Source: Spirogloea muscicola
Lineage: Eukaryota
Assembly (NCBI GenBank): GCA_009602725.1
Contig: WELB01000004.1
Location: forward strand, 1,097,457 to 1,161,456
Direction: 5' to 3'
Length of the DNA stretch: 64,000 bases
Part shown: piece after piece, positions 61,801 to 64,000 of the stretch
Numbering within the stretch: the stretch's first letter is position 1
How the letters are laid out: each line of letters opens with the position of its first letter
Made by a program: the position numbers and the translations under genes
Notes under the pieces: model-generated
What the model was told of the DNA's origin: nothing
What the model saw: only the letters and a program-made list of their open reading frames with translations
Database searches by the model: none

Positions 61801-64000
61801 TGAGGACAAGTCCGAGCACCTTAGCCAGCAACCATTGCCACTTGCCCTTACTCCGATCTTTGGCATGCGTGAAGATGGGCCCTTTCTTCTCCAGCTGGAT
61901 GGCAACGGGCAGGATAGACTCTGTGCTGTCGCGGTAGAAGAGGCAGCGAGCTCCATACATGAGGCACTCCTTCTGCTCATTCACCTGCTGGAAGAATGGC
62001 TCCAGAGCACTGTAGTCGATAATGGAGAAACGCTTGTCCCTGAATTCCGTCTCCAGGCTCTTTCCTGGGCGTAACCGGTCTGCAACATCCTCCTGCTTCA
62101 GCTATATAGAGCCAAACAACCGGGGCAGACTTAGTGCGGTACGATCACCAGGGGGCAGGACATACTATTGAACAAGATTTGTCACAAAAGGGTATGTCAC
62201 AACAGGGATGCTAATTGTCTTGTTGGCCAACAACAATCTGAAACAGCGTGGGCAAGCAACAAACTAAGCATCAATGTCTCCAAAGCAAAGATGCAAGCTA
62301 CTGGTTGCATCACAGGAGCCGCCTGGGCTACAGTAAAAGCATATGGAGAAGCCAGTATTGCTGACCGGAAAATCATGCGGAAGGCTGGGGCAACCAGCGA
62401 TCTGGTTGGGGTGCATGCCGGCCAGGGCCTGGCGGCCATACTCGTATTCATCAGTCCAAGGCCGAGGCAGATTCAGAACCAGGGGACTGGGGAATTTTAC
62501 ATAGTCAAACCGGCTGTTGCCGCCAAAGCCTTGAAACAGGCTTTCCTGAAGTAGCAAGCAGCAGGAGGCATCAGTCATGCACTAGGATAAGAGTACGACA
62601 GAAGTCACTGACCTCAGCACGACAGAGTGATGGCGCAAGGGTGGCAGATGTGGGAGAGGATGCGAGGGAGCTAGTAGTATCAAGAAGCAAGACGAGCACC
62701 TGCTCTGCATTTAGCAGATTCCATGGGCGGTTGCCGATAAGGTGCCATGGGTCAGAAAGCAGGGCCTTCGAGACCGAGACAATCTGCATATGAAACCTCA
62801 AGGTGTCTGTCAAGCCAAGGTGCTGCCATATGCTCATGCTATCAGCACAAAACTTGGCAGCATCAAGAGTCTCAAGTACGAGGGCAGGTGAGAACCTGGG
62901 CCTGGTTAAAATTCCACTGCTTGCTCAACTCAAAACGCTCGTTGATGGGTATCTCCTCTGGCTTTTGGAGCAGGGGTATACTTGCAGCGAAGCCAAGCGT
63001 TTTCTGACGCCTGCTCTCAACACACGCGGAGAACGGTGTCAAGAGCACCACATGCCTGCTAAGTGGAGAAGGGCCTCTAAGAATCTTGCACTGGGGAGTG
63101 TGAGCTGCGCGTGGAAAGCGTGCACCCAGAGCATAGAGGCGAGAGGCGCTGTGGAGAACCTTGGGTAAGGCTTGGGGACTGGTCGGTAGCCGGGGGCTGA
63201 TGTAACGGTGGTCCCCAAGGGTACGCTGAGATCGTCATACTGCAGGAGGACAGGGTGCAGCATTCGTGTCAGCATGCATAGAGGCATTACTACAGCGCGG
63301 ATCCTATGGCTCACTTTGACGTCAAAGCAGTGCATCCCATTTGCATGTGACTGGACGCGGAGTATATCTGCTTGAGGAGCAAGCGGGGAAGCAAGTCACC
63401 TCCGCAAAGTCATAGTCTTCCTGCGCTTTGCTGAGCTGCCATCTACGGAATGGCTTGACGACCTCAGGCGTATCCTTGGGAAGGTAGGCCTTGGCCTCGA
63501 AGAGTGGGTGGGTGTCCCTCAACCGGATCCAGCTGTACACGGGGAAGATCTCGCCGCCCAGCTTCAGCGTGTTCACAAACCACTGCAAAGGAGGGGTGTC
63601 AACAGGGACGTTGAGGCCCGCCATCGCGGCAGACAGCCTCTGCCTTTAGACCAGAGTGCATGTGAGCAAGTCTGTCCTTCTTTGCTCCCGCACACCCGGG
63701 CATGGGTGTTCACGTGCACGCGTGACCACCCCCCCCACAGGTACCGTGCCAAGATTAAGTGTCCATGAGTCACAGAGTAAGTCTGGAGAAAGCAACAGCA
63801 GGCAACCTGCTGTGCAGCGCAACTGAAACAAGGCCTGAGTGACTGAGGCCTGCACCTCCCCAGTGGTGAAGTGCCGGGCCAGGGGCAGCTTCTGGAAGGG
63901 CGCCTGAAGCTCAACAGGGATCCTCGAAGTCACGATGGCAAAGAAATTGTCAACAGCACGCCCGATCAAGTTCGAATCCTCTGGATTTGCTAGTTCCACC
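58887..64000 (-). CDS. LOX: Lipoxygenase (5' part lies beyond the window)
   Basis: DEYEYGRQALAG, HQLDSHWTNCH, DYPYRDDG, HTAVNFPQY and the C-terminal NSVSI* (stop 58887). All five iron-ligand positions are present. Confidence 0.93.

Noticed and set aside
14948..64000. A formal biosynthetic gene cluster (isomerases plus LOX)
   Set aside because: The genes are about 34 kb apart with unrelated housekeeping genes between them. Kept only as a weak hypothesis.

Overview
This is eukaryotic, GC-rich, intron-rich nuclear DNA from a green plant lineage. The plastid-targeted CCB3 and CLT genes, gamma-CAL, plant-type lipoxygenase, CCCTAAA telo-boxes and a green-plant-type 18S fragment support this; a streptophyte alga is my inference. 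Housekeeping genes are EMC5, gamma-CAL, glucosidase II alpha, CCB3, tRNA-Val(TAC), CLT, EIF1AD and NOC2. Accessory genes are a homeobox gene, a disordered protein with six WPR repeats, two tandem secreted flavoproteins resembling polyunsaturated-fatty-acid isomerase (one has a nonsense codon), a secreted papain-EGF-LysM-Kazal mosaic protease, and the 3' part of a lipoxygenase. Intergenic DNA is largely a mosaic of short 3'-end fragments from several RLE-type (CRE-like) non-LTR retrotransposon families. These share a C-terminal DLxLLxRGY* peptide and 3'UTR motifs, and some show target-site duplications. The window also holds a decayed 18S rRNA fragment, a pre-miRNA-like hairpin and two assembly gaps. 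All exon structures were read by eye and no database searches were run.
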